Assembly: GCA_943356495.1 (NCBI GenBank)
Contig: CALRFF010000001.1
Span: forward strand, 193,012-257,011
Length of the DNA stretch: 64,000 nucleotides
Source: Candidatus Nomurabacteria bacterium
Lineage (GTDB): Bacteria; Patescibacteriota; Minisyncoccia; Phycocordibacterales; SBAW01
Direction of reading: 5' to 3'
In this document: piece by piece, positions 1-8,698 of the stretch
Layout of the letters: every line of letters starts with the position of its first letter
Position numbering within the stretch: position 1 is the stretch's first letter
Translations under genes and position numbers: made by a program
Notes under the pieces: model-generated
Told to the model about the DNA's origin: nothing
What the model saw: the letters and a program-made list of their open reading frames with translations, nothing else
Databases searched by the model: none

Positions 1-1
1 G

Positions 2-1738
2 ATGCGCGACATACCGGAGCATACGCCCATGCTCAACGGCGACGAAAAACCTATCCCCCCGCTTGAGCCGGGCAACATACGCATTATCCCGCTTGGCGGC
101 GTCGAGGAAATCGGCCGCAATATGACCATGATCGAGTTTGGCGACGATATTATTATCGTCGACTGCGGGTTCCAGTTCCGCGAGGATGACACCCCGGGCA
201 TCGACTATATTTTGCCCAACACCAAGTACCTCGAGGAACGTCGTGAGAAGATACGCGGACTGTTTATCACCCACGGCCACCTCGACCACATCGGTGCTAT
301 CCCGTACGTTATCGACCGGATCGGCTACCCGCCGGTCTACACACGCGGCCTCACCGCGGTTATGATCCGCAAGCGCCAAGAGGAGTTTCCTAACCTCAAG
401 CCGCTCGACATCCACGAGGTAGAAAAGGATGACACCGTTAAGGCGGGCAACATCCGCGTACGCTTCTTTTCCGTGTACCACACTATCCCCGACTCGATGG
501 GTATTGTTATCGAAACGCCCTACGGCGACTTGGTGTTTACCGGCGACCTGCGCCTCGACCACGAAGACGGCGTACCGTCCGAAACCGAAGAAAAAGAATT
601 TTCGTGGTTTGCCGACCGCAAAGTGCTGTTTTTGGCGGCCGACTCGACTAACGTCGAGCGTCCGGGCTTTTCGCTCCCTGAGCGCGTGGTCAAAAAGAAT
701 CTCGACGAAATTATCGCCACCACACCGGGGCGGCTTATTATCGGCACCTTTTCCTCGCAGCTCGAGCGCTTGATGCGCATGATAGAGCAGGCCGAGCGCG
801 TGGGGCGTAAAATCCTTGTCGAGGGCCGCTCGATGAAGGTCAACATCGAGATCGTTAAACATTTGGGGATGCTCAAGGTAAGCGAAAAAACGTTTATCGA
901 CGCCGCACAACTGGAGCACCTGCCCGACAACAAAGTGATGGTGCTCGCAACGGGTGCGCAAGGCGACGAGTTTGCCGCGCTTATGCGCGTCGCCATGAAG
1001 ACACATAAAAACGTAAAGATAAAAAAGGGCGACACGGTCGTGCTGTCCTCCTCGGTCATTCCGGGCAACGAGCGCAGTGTGCAAAAACTTAAAGACAACC
1101 TCTCGCGTCAAGGCGCAAAGCTTATCCATCGCGACACTATGGACGTCCATGCCTCGGGCCACGCCAACCGCGACGAGACGTTTTGGATCCACCAAAAAAT
1201 CAACCCGCGGTTCTTTATGCCGCTCCACGGCTATCACTACATGTTGCGCGTGCACGCCGACATCGCCAAAGCCTGCGGCCGCAGCGAAGACGAGATTGTT
1301 ATCCCCGACAACGGCACCATTATCGAAATTGTTGACGAAGGCCAGCGCATTATCCGTCGTAAAGAAAGTGCGCCCAACTCCTTGCGTTTGGTAGACGGCT
1401 TCTCTATCGGCGACATCCAAGAGGTGGTTATCCGCGACCGCACCGTACTCTCGGCCGAAGGTATGTTTGTCATCATCGCCACCGTCAACCCGCGCACCGG
1501 CAAACTGCGCAAGTCACCCGACATTATCTCCCGCGGCTTTGTATACCTGCGCGAAAATCAGGAGTTGCTCCAGCAAGCGCGCATCATCGTTAAAAAGACC
1601 ATCGAGGACAGCGCTAAGGGGCAAAATCCGGTCAACTTCGACTTTGTTAAAAACAACGTCACCGACGCAGTGGCCCGATTCCTCTTCGAAAAGACAAACA
1701 AACGCCCGATTGTCATACCTGTAGTCTTGGGCGTGTAA
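2..1738 (+). CDS. rnj: Ribonuclease J (metallo-beta-lactamase / beta-CASP RNase)
   Basis: 578-aa ORF. HxHxDH-type motif (FITHGHLDHIGAIP) and beta-CASP region are typical of RNase J1/J2. Confidence 0.85.
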   Translation: MRDIPEHTPMLNGDEKPIPPLEPGNIRIIPLGGVEEIGRNMTMIEFGDDIIIVDCGFQFREDDTPGIDYILPNTKYLEERREKIRGLFITHGHLDHIGAIPYVIDRIGYPPVYTRGLTAVMIRKRQEEFPNLKPLDIHEVEKDDTVKAGNIRVRFFSVYHTIPDSMGIVIETPYGDLVFTGDLRLDHEDGVPSETEEKEFSWFADRKVLFLAADSTNVERPGFSLPERVVKKNLDEIIATTPGRLIIGTFSSQLERLMRMIEQAERVGRKILVEGRSMKVNIEIVKHLGMLKVSEKTFIDAAQLEHLPDNKVMVLATGAQGDEFAALMRVAMKTHKNVKIKKGDTVVLSSSVIPGNERSVQKLKDNLSRQGAKLIHRDTMDVHASGHANRDETFWIHQKINPRFFMPLHGYHYMLRVHADIAKACGRSEDEIVIPDNGTIIEIVDEGQRIIRRKESAPNSLRLVDGFSIGDIQEVVIRDRTVLSAEGMFVIIATVNPRTGKLRKSPDIISRGFVYLRENQELLQQARIIVKKTIEDSAKGQNPVNFDFVKNNVTDAVARFLFEKTNKRPIVIPVVLGV

Positions 1739-1814
1739 CTTGTGCGCAACACGCGTTGTTAAAACTAGCAGATGCGTTATAGTGGCGCGCAGATGTGCAT
1801 TAAGGGAGAAGGTA

Positions 1815-1985
1815 ATGACCGACCAAACGAAGCCTGACTACAGCCAATTTGACGAGAAAGATCCCGTCGACCGCGTGCTCTTCGATCGCATGCACCGCGG
1901 CCAAGCCAAGCGGCCGGACGCTATGCAACTGCAAAAGCTCCGCCTGATTTCCGACGGATCAGACCCTCAGCTTGCAGACGCCTGA
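1815..1985 (+). CDS. Small hypothetical protein (56 aa)
   Basis: ATG preceded by a strong Shine-Dalgarno sequence (AAGGGAGAAGG). Its 3' end overlaps the convergent glycosylase gene by about 65 nt. No recognisable domain. Confidence 0.35.
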   Translation: MTDQTKPDYSQFDEKDPVDRVLFDRMHRGQAKRPDAMQLQKLRLISDGSDPQLADA

Positions 1986-2709
1986 GCTCGCGCTCTACCT
2001 CTCCCTTTGTTCTTGGGGAGAGGTTTTTTATTAGCCCCAAAAGCGTTGCGGGCTTTTTGAGCAGCTCGCGCAGTATGGCGCCGCGCAGCTGGCGCGCCGA
2101 ACCCTCAAACTTGGATTGCTTGGTGTAATGCTTGCTTTGCTTGTTTAGTTGTATCCCCTGCTTTTTTAAGTACGAGCCGTAGTCCATCAACGCCGCATAA
2201 AACTCCCGCGGCTCCATTTTACTTTTTTTGAGCGCCGCTTCCACCATCGGCAGTACTTCCTGATCAGAAAGACTACAATAATCGCTAGTCTTTTTCATGT
2301 GGTGAAAGAAGACGGTGCGGATATTTGTCTCGACAAAAACCTCCGGTTTGTTAAACGCAAAGGCGGCTACGGCGCGCGCCGTGTAGTGCCCCACGCCGGG
2401 CAAGTCTTCCAAGTCGGCGGGCCAGCCGTGTGTCGCTATCACTTTTGCCGCCTCGTGCAAAAATTTGGCGCGGCGGTTGTAGCCTAAGCCCTGCCACGCT
2501 TTGAGCACACGGTTAAGCGGCGCTTTGGCGAGCGCCGCGGGCGTCGGGAACATTTTGATAAACCGGTTATAAAACGGCACCACCCGCTCGACCTGCGTCT
2601 GTTGGAGCATCAACTCGGAGACGAGTATTTTGTACGGGTCGCGTGTGTTGCGCCACAGCAAATGAGCGCGGCCCTCTTTTTTATAAAAAGCTTTAAGCTC
2701 TCGGAGCAT
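1921..2709 (-). CDS. MutY-family HhH-GPD DNA glycosylase-like protein with C-terminal winged-helix, apparently lacking the 4Fe-4S cysteine cluster
   Basis: SELMLQQTQVERVVPFYNRF...LPGVGHYTARAV matches the MutY/Nth HhH-GPD signature. Only one Cys follows the HhH motif, so the usual Fe-S loop is absent. Confidence 0.7.
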   Translation of the reverse strand: MLRELKAFYKKEGRAHLLWRNTRDPYKILVSELMLQQTQVERVVPFYNRFIKMFPTPAALAKAPLNRVLKAWQGLGYNRRAKFLHEAAKVIATHGWPADLEDLPGVGHYTARAVAAFAFNKPEVFVETNIRTVFFHHMKKTSDYCSLSDQEVLPMVEAALKKSKMEPREFYAALMDYGSYLKKQGIQLNKQSKHYTKQSKFEGSARQLRGAILRELLKKPATLLGLIKNLSPRTKGEVERELRRLQAEGLIRRKSGGAFAVA

Positions 2710-2767
2710 GTGGGCATGATATCAAAAATCCCCGCCGAAGCGGGGATTTTTGCAGAGAGCCTGAGCT

Positions 2768-3019
2768 TTAAGCTTTCGGGCGAGCCTCCGAGACCGTGAG
2801 CATGCGGCCGCCGAACTCCTTGCCATTCCACATGGCAATTGCGTTCTGAATGCCGGCATCATCGGTCATCTCTACGAAGCCGAAGCCACGGGAGCGACCG
2901 GTCTCGCGATCAGTGACGACCGAAGCCGAGGTGACCTCGCCAGCTTTGGCAAAGGCATCGCGGAGCTCGTCACCCGTCGTGCGGTACGGAAGACCGCCGA
3001 CAAAGAGTTTGAGTGCCAT
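2768..3019 (-). CDS. RRM-type RNA-binding protein
   Basis: RNP1/RNP2 motifs present (KLFVGGLPY; RGFGFVEM). 83 aa. Confidence 0.8.
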   Translation of the reverse strand: MALKLFVGGLPYRTTGDELRDAFAKAGEVTSASVVTDRETGRSRGFGFVEMTDDAGIQNAIAMWNGKEFGGRMLTVSEARPKA

Positions 3020-3117
3020 AATTACGAGAAAGTTGTTACTACGTCCTTCGTAAGGCGACCACTCCTACCGCCAGACGGCACAAGGAGAACTTACTACTGA
3101 ACGAAAATACTCTAGCA

Positions 3118-3759
3118 CTAGTACGCAGGCTCTGCAACCACCACCAAGCGCTGGTCAAACTGATGTTCCGAGGTAACCCACTCCCCCGCGCAAGTAATAA
3201 GCACAAGCTGCGAAGGGCCTGTTTTGGCAAAAATTTGTTCGACCGGAGCGGCGTTGGTGGCATACGATTGGCTTGTAGCCACACGATATACCAGCGTTTT
3301 ACCGTTTTGGTCGGCGACCGTTATATAGTCGCCCTTTTTAAGTTTAGAAAGATGCTGGAAGACCCCCGCAGTCGTGAGCGCGTTGTCCACATGACCGGCA
3401 AACACAGCGTGCCCGGCGGCGCCGGGCTTAGACCCGAGCCCATACCACGCCACATTGCTAAAACCGGTCGGGGTACCCATGGTGCCGTCGGCTTTTTGGC
3501 CCACGTGCTCAACCGGCGCATCAACACTGATTGCCGGTATGCGCAAACGCGCGGGCACCAACACCGAGCTGGTAGCCACGGTGCCGAGCACCGACGGATC
3601 AATAATACTGATAGCGGGGCCAAAGGCCGTAACCGCGGCCGAGTCACCGAGCGTGGCGTGCGCCAAACGGGTTGTAACATCGGCCAAGCCGACGACTACC
3701 ACCGCCACACCGACGCAGGCAAGCGCAAAGCGCACGCGCGTCTCGCGGGTGTACGACAT
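3118..3759 (-). CDS. Sortase family transpeptidase
   Basis: LITC active-site cysteine motif (TLXTC type), conserved His, and an N-terminal membrane anchor. Start chosen at the internal Met so it does not overlap the upstream substrate gene. Confidence 0.75.
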   Translation of the reverse strand: MSYTRETRVRFALACVGVAVVVVGLADVTTRLAHATLGDSAAVTAFGPAISIIDPSVLGTVATSSVLVPARLRIPAISVDAPVEHVGQKADGTMGTPTGFSNVAWYGLGSKPGAAGHAVFAGHVDNALTTAGVFQHLSKLKKGDYITVADQNGKTLVYRVATSQSYATNAAPVEQIFAKTGPSQLVLITCAGEWVTSEHQFDQRLVVVAEPAY

Positions 3760-3775
3760 CAGAAGGATGCCTGAT

Positions 3776-4654
3776 TTAGCGGGAGAGAGCAGTAACGGTT
3801 TTTCGGACATACGGGCTAAGCATAAGGCCGGCGGTAATAAGAAGCACGGTCGCAAACGCTATGCCGGTCGAGATGTCCTTGGGGCCAAAGCCGGTAGACG
3901 GCAAGCGCGGGTAAACGACCGAGGTGTAGGAAGGCTGAGTATTGTAGGCGCCGTATGCGTAGCCGGTGTAGCCCGGAGTCGTGTACGCCGGAGGATTGAT
4001 GGGATTGACCGGCGCGTAGTTGGTGTTGACGGTTATGACGCACGATGCGGTTTGCGATGCGTTAGTAACCGTAACCGTGTGTACGCCGCTGGCCTGAAAC
4101 GCGGTGGTGAGTGTCGGACCGACGTTGGGGTAGTTTTGGTAGGCGGTTGCCCAATTGTACGTACCACCGGCACCGCCGATGGCGTTAAAGCTTGCCTGCT
4201 GGCCCAAGCCCACAGTCGGAGTAAGGGTCTGGCACGTCAACGGCTGGTAGCTCTGATACGGAAACAAAGTCGGGTACGGATTGTAGCTGCCGTAAGACGG
4301 CGTCATCGTGATAACGCAGGTCTGCGACTGGTTAGCAAGCATGGTGCTGTTGCAGCCGACCGAGTAGGACGGTATAAAACCCGGCACCGTGTTGGTAACG
4401 GTAACGTTGTAGACGCCCGGGTTGAGCGTTACGGCCGTGCCGCTCTGCGAGCCGGGAAAATTGTTAAGGCTCGGAGAAACGCCGGAGACAGCAACCGTAA
4501 AGTTACTCGGCGTGTACTGCTGATAATTGACGCCGTTTTGGGTCAATACCTGTACGTATACGGTAAGGAGACCGTTAGAAGCGGTCTGGGCAAAGGCAAC
4601 GTACGGGATAAGGACACCGAGTGCTACCGCGAAAGAAATAACAAACTTCTTCAT
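3776..4654 (-). CDS. LPXTG-anchored surface protein (sortase substrate) with two internal repeat domains
   Basis: N-terminal signal peptide. C-terminal LPSTG motif followed by a hydrophobic segment and a basic tail (RKT). Two repeated domains of about 90 aa. Lies immediately upstream of the sortase. Confidence 0.8.
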   Translation of the reverse strand: MKKFVISFAVALGVLIPYVAFAQTASNGLLTVYVQVLTQNGVNYQQYTPSNFTVAVSGVSPSLNNFPGSQSGTAVTLNPGVYNVTVTNTVPGFIPSYSVGCNSTMLANQSQTCVITMTPSYGSYNPYPTLFPYQSYQPLTCQTLTPTVGLGQQASFNAIGGAGGTYNWATAYQNYPNVGPTLTTAFQASGVHTVTVTNASQTASCVITVNTNYAPVNPINPPAYTTPGYTGYAYGAYNTQPSYTSVVYPRLPSTGFGPKDISTGIAFATVLLITAGLMLSPYVRKTVTALSR

Positions 4655-4738
4655 AAAATGGCTTTAAATAAGGCTTTATAACTGATTAATACGACCCCCT
4701 TTCGTTACTCTGGGGCCATCGTACAACAATTTTGTCAA

Positions 4739-5545
4739 CTATGCAAGGAGGACGGATTGCACTGATACTTCCTTATGAGGCTCAGGTTCTGCATGAGGCA
4801 CAAACGTAGTAACGGCAAACATCACCAACATTCCTGCAAAAAACCACAGCAGGTGTAAAGCATAATGTCTTGGGTTCTTTGCGTCCCTTATAGAATGAGG
4901 AATAAGGTCATGAAGCAGCACTACCAAAATGCCGCCTGCCGCTATGCCGAGCAACGGACCCTCAAGCATTTCAAACGCACCAAGTAAAAAATATCCGCCG
5001 ACCGCACCTATGAGTATCGTAGAGGACACTAGGAAGTTGACCCCGAGCGCTTTTTTTATCGAATAGCCCGCATCACGCAGCACAAAAAATTCTGATATTT
5101 CCTGCAGAGCCTCATGCACAAAAATACTAATACCCGCCGTAGCTGCCAATGCCGGTGACACCGCGTACGAAGCCGCAAGGAAAATACCGTCAGCCGCATT
5201 ATGAATACCGTCGGTTAAGAGCATGCGGCGGGCGTCAAGAGGTTGGTGATGCTCACCTTCCTCGTGTGCATGCACGTGCACGTGCGAACTGGGCAATATT
5301 TTAAATATAAGCCAAATGCCGACAGCCCCGACAAGAAGCCATGGTAACCCGTAGGCAAGTCCGCCCGCATGCTCCACCGCCTCAGTAGCAAGGCCGTATA
5401 AAAAAACAAGGAATACCCCCGAGCTAAAGCTCACCAGGTAGTCCAATTTTTTTTCAATAAACGATCCTACCCTGTTCCATACTGTAAACACCCCTACCAA
5501 AGAAGCGCACATGATAAGTAACGAAAGACCGAGAAGTTCTATCAT
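4739..5545 (-). CDS. zupT: ZIP family zinc transporter (ZupT-like)
   Basis: Multi-pass membrane protein with a His-rich loop (HVHVHAHEEGEHH) and ZIP-like HNxxDG / HE motifs. Confidence 0.6.
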   Translation of the reverse strand: MIELLGLSLLIMCASLVGVFTVWNRVGSFIEKKLDYLVSFSSGVFLVFLYGLATEAVEHAGGLAYGLPWLLVGAVGIWLIFKILPSSHVHVHAHEEGEHHQPLDARRMLLTDGIHNAADGIFLAASYAVSPALAATAGISIFVHEALQEISEFFVLRDAGYSIKKALGVNFLVSSTILIGAVGGYFLLGAFEMLEGPLLGIAAGGILVVLLHDLIPHSIRDAKNPRHYALHLLWFFAGMLVMFAVTTFVPHAEPEPHKEVSVQSVLLA

Positions 5546-5549
5546 AAAG

Positions 5550-5852
5550 TTAGCAGGCGCGGCACAACTGATTAAAACCGCACTCGGTGCAGGTCATATG
5601 GTGATGGTGCGGACGACCCGCATATTCGTAATAGGCCACTCTGCCTTTGTTCCCCTGCCGCACCAAACCGGCTGCCGCAAGCGCACGCAGAGTGCGGTAC
5701 AACGTTACCGTATTACTGCGCACCGATGGCTGTAGTTGAGCGACCGACAGCGGCCGGCGGGATTTCTCGAGCGCAGCAAGAAGCGCCAAACGCCCGGGCG
5801 TCGCCCGGGAACCTGCCGCGCGCAGCTCTTCTTTACAGTCATGCTTTTGCAT
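5550..5852 (-). CDS. zur: Fur family transcriptional regulator (probable Zur)
   Basis: Fur-like winged-helix fold, HHHH and CxxC...CxxC metal sites. Start set at the internal Met (MQKHDC). Adjacent to the ZIP transporter. Confidence 0.6.
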   Translation of the reverse strand: MQKHDCKEELRAAGSRATPGRLALLAALEKSRRPLSVAQLQPSVRSNTVTLYRTLRALAAAGLVRQGNKGRVAYYEYAGRPHHHHMTCTECGFNQLCRAC

Positions 5853-5927
5853 GGAGTTGAGTATATAGCAAACGCAAATTAGTTGCAAGTACTTGACTTG
5901 TGGACAATAGCGCTATAGCCTGTCCCT

Positions 5928-6410
5928 ATGAACAAAAGCAAATCAGTTGCGTTTATTGTACTGGGGATTATTGGAATCTGTGGCGCAGGGGCGGCGTATG
6001 CGGGACCTCTGTCACCGCCTACACTTGAAATAAGCGCGCCGGCACAACCCAAAGAAAGCTTGGCTATCCCAGGAGCGCAACGAGTACCCTTTACCACCAT
6101 ACAACTGCGGGCAGTCGGAGCGGACATTACCGTGCAAAGCATTACGGTCGTGCATACCGGCATTGCCGACGAAACGGTATACGACAGCATCGTGCTTCTC
6201 GATGAAAACGGCGACCTTATAGCAGATGACAAGCGGCTTAAAGAAGGGCAGGTAATTTTTGACGAACCGTTTGTGATTCCTAAAGGGGCGCTACGGACAT
6301 TGACCATTGGTGCCAATATGGCCGGAGACCTTGCCGAGTTTGAGGGGCAGCGGCCTGCCCTTACCATAACGGACGTTCGTGCTTACATCGTACAACCGGT
6401 CAGTCTTTAA
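5928..6410 (+). CDS. Secreted hypothetical protein
   Basis: Signal peptide with a possible lipobox (GICGAG). No recognisable domain. Confidence 0.45.
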   Translation: MNKSKSVAFIVLGIIGICGAGAAYAGPLSPPTLEISAPAQPKESLAIPGAQRVPFTTIQLRAVGADITVQSITVVHTGIADETVYDSIVLLDENGDLIADDKRLKEGQVIFDEPFVIPKGALRTLTIGANMAGDLAEFEGQRPALTITDVRAYIVQPVSL

Positions 6411-7525
6411 TGATGATGTACGGGTGCCCCTGGTTCGTGTTTTATGCGTCCCCACAAAAGATAGACCGCCACCAGTGTGGTGATAGGCACCGCTAAGATA
6501 AGTCCGATGGAACCGACCATCGTACGCACGATCTCGCTGGCAAAGAGCTCCTGATTGAGGGTCATTGCAGGGTTGGTGTTGCCGGAGATCTGGAGTAACA
6601 ACAAAAGCGGCAATGAGGCGCCGACGTAGGCGATAGCTAGCGTGTTAACCAGCGCGCCGATGTGCTCGCGCCCGATGCGCAAGCCGCGCGCATACAAATG
6701 CTTGCGCGAGTTAATACCGGCGCGCAGCAACTCCTCCACCGCAACAGCTTGCCCTATCGCCGCGTCGTAGAGTACGCCCAAGAGACCTATCATTATGCCC
6801 CCCAATAAAAGCCCGACGAAATCTATCGAGCCCGCAGTGCCGAAGTTTAGGTATGTTGTTTCCTCACTGGCAAAACCGGTCAGATGCGCCGCGTCTATCG
6901 ACCAAAAGGCGAACGCTCCGGTAATACCTATGGTAATCAGCATACCTACTACCGCGGCGCTCGTGGTCCGGTTAAACCCGTGTGTTACGTAGGAGCCTAA
7001 TACGATAATGAGTGCCGACACTCCCATCGACACCAGCACCGGGGAATAACCGTGCAGTATTCCAGGTAGCAGAAACACGCTGATAAAAAATAAACTGCCT
7101 ATCAGCGCCACAAGGCCGCGTATTCCCTGCATGCCACCAAAAATACAAATGCATGCGACAAAGAGCGCCACGATAAACAGAATCACCGGGAGTCTGTACG
7201 GTTCGCCTACGGACCATGTGTCTAGATGTTCGTCGACGTTTACGGTATGACGTAAGTACACTCGGTCCCCCGCTTTAAGCGGCCCGCGCTCGTTTTGGAG
7301 CGTCATGAGCTCCCCTTTGTGGGGACCTTCTAAGACTTGTAAAGAAAGAGTTTGCAGTGAGACCGTAGTAACGGTACCGGGGATGAGCTCGGTTTCAGTA
7401 CTTAATACCTTTTCGACCTTTGCCAGCTGAAACGAGACAGTATCCGCTATCAGGGTCTGGGCCGAGAGCGGTAAAGCGGCGCTCATCATGAGCGCCGCGA
7501 CTGCCATACCGAGGAGATGCGTCAT
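6407..7525 (-). CDS. YibE/F family membrane protein
   Basis: N-terminal periplasmic domain followed by a polytopic Gly/Ala-rich membrane domain typical of YibE/F proteins. Confidence 0.55.
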   Translation of the reverse strand: MTHLLGMAVAALMMSAALPLSAQTLIADTVSFQLAKVEKVLSTETELIPGTVTTVSLQTLSLQVLEGPHKGELMTLQNERGPLKAGDRVYLRHTVNVDEHLDTWSVGEPYRLPVILFIVALFVACICIFGGMQGIRGLVALIGSLFFISVFLLPGILHGYSPVLVSMGVSALIIVLGSYVTHGFNRTTSAAVVGMLITIGITGAFAFWSIDAAHLTGFASEETTYLNFGTAGSIDFVGLLLGGIMIGLLGVLYDAAIGQAVAVEELLRAGINSRKHLYARGLRIGREHIGALVNTLAIAYVGASLPLLLLLQISGNTNPAMTLNQELFASEIVRTMVGSIGLILAVPITTLVAVYLLWGRIKHEPGAPVHHH

Positions 7526-7546
7526 CTCCTTACTATACCAAGAAGC

Positions 7547-7951
7547 CTATTCGTCGTGCTCGAAGAGGTGCGCCAAGCGCAACTTCCCTGCTCCGCCGAG
7601 CGCAATACCGAAGGCAAGTACCATCAGCAAGAACTCAAGCTCGTGCGCCGGCCAGCCCGAGCCCACATCGGTCAGGTAAATAGCGGCGAGCATGACAAAG
7701 CCCAAGACCGCGCCCGCAACGCGCGCGCCGACGCCTGCGATAAGCATCACACCGCCGACAAGCTCGAGGAACATAACCAGCGCGGCCGTTCCCGGAGGCA
7801 AGTGCAATTTATTAGTAAAGAAGGCTTCGGTGCCGGCCATATTTTGCAACTTCATCAACCCGTGTGCAAAAAAGACCGACCCCGTACCGATGCGGATAAG
7901 TAAGAGCCCGAGCGAACGGCGATACCAAAAACGACTGATAGAGCGGAGCAT
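7547..7951 (-). CDS. DoxX family membrane protein
   Basis: 134 aa, four predicted TM helices, DoxX-like N-terminal motif (RIGTGSVFFAHGLMKL). Confidence 0.6.
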   Translation of the reverse strand: MLRSISRFWYRRSLGLLLIRIGTGSVFFAHGLMKLQNMAGTEAFFTNKLHLPPGTAALVMFLELVGGVMLIAGVGARVAGAVLGFVMLAAIYLTDVGSGWPAHELEFLLMVLAFGIALGGAGKLRLAHLFEHDE

Positions 7952-7996
7952 AGAAAGGACAAATGACTAACGGTTAATACCTATAAGTATATAACC

Positions 7997-8023
7997 AAAG
8001 CCCCCGCCGGAGCGGGGGCTTTG
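7997..8023 (-). terminator. Rho-independent terminator hairpin (AAAGCCCCCGC-cgga-GCGGGGGCTTT)
   Basis: Perfect 11-bp stem, followed on the minus strand by a T-rich run. Downstream of the gene at 8043-8600. Confidence 0.45.
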
Positions 8024-8042
8024 TGGACAGCGCAGAGCGCTG

Positions 8043-8600
8043 TTAGCCGTTGATGATCAAGCGGACTATGAGTTTGAAGTTCTTTTGCGCCGTAAGCAAG
8101 AACTCGTGTGCAGCTTTGAGATTTGCTTTGGCGGTGTCAAGAAGCGTGGCGTTGGTAGTTGTAGAGTTGGTGGTGTTTATTTGCGCGGCAACCGTAATCG
8201 CAGCGTTAGCCTGCGTCTTGGCGCCGGTAACCGCGGTGTTGTACGCGGCAAGTTTTACGTTAGCGTCGGCGGTCGACGAGGCGGTAAGGCCCGCGCCCGC
8301 GATGCGTGTGGCAAGCACCGGCGAAAGCGATGCCATAAAGTCGGCGGCTTTTACCGTGCGGGTAGCCTTGGCGGTAATAGTAGCCGCTGTAGTTGTGGCT
8401 TTACGCTCTTTTTTGTCATCATCATGACGGTCTTTGCGGTCGTTGTTGTGCTTTATATCGGCTTTAACCTCGGCAGTAAGGTTACCCTTGCCGATAAGCG
8501 AGCCCAAGCGCAGCCCGTTGTCGTTATGTGCCGATGCCGCAAACGGCAAAAGCAGCATAGCGGCCGCAGAACCTATAATCATTTTTTTAGTGAGTTTCAT
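8043..8600 (-). CDS. Secreted Thr/Ala-rich hypothetical protein
   Basis: Signal peptide (MKLTKKMIIGSAAAMLLLPFAASA). Low-complexity T/A-rich body. Confidence 0.45.
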   Translation of the reverse strand: MKLTKKMIIGSAAAMLLLPFAASAHNDNGLRLGSLIGKGNLTAEVKADIKHNNDRKDRHDDDKKERKATTTAATITAKATRTVKAADFMASLSPVLATRIAGAGLTASSTADANVKLAAYNTAVTGAKTQANAAITVAAQINTTNSTTTNATLLDTAKANLKAAHEFLLTAQKNFKLIVRLIING

Positions 8601-8698
8601 ATGCAATATTTTATATGAGCGGGTAATTGCACCGCTTGTATGGGTGCACAGGAGGTGACGGCCGACCCTAAGCCGTCTTTCAGCACAAAAATATTAGG

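Noticed and set aside
3455-4681. 408-aa plus-strand ORF, Arg/Gly/Val-rich
   Set aside because: It lies antisense across the sortase and LPXTG genes, which have clear domain signatures. Its composition (R/G/A/V runs) is typical of an out-of-frame high-GC artefact.
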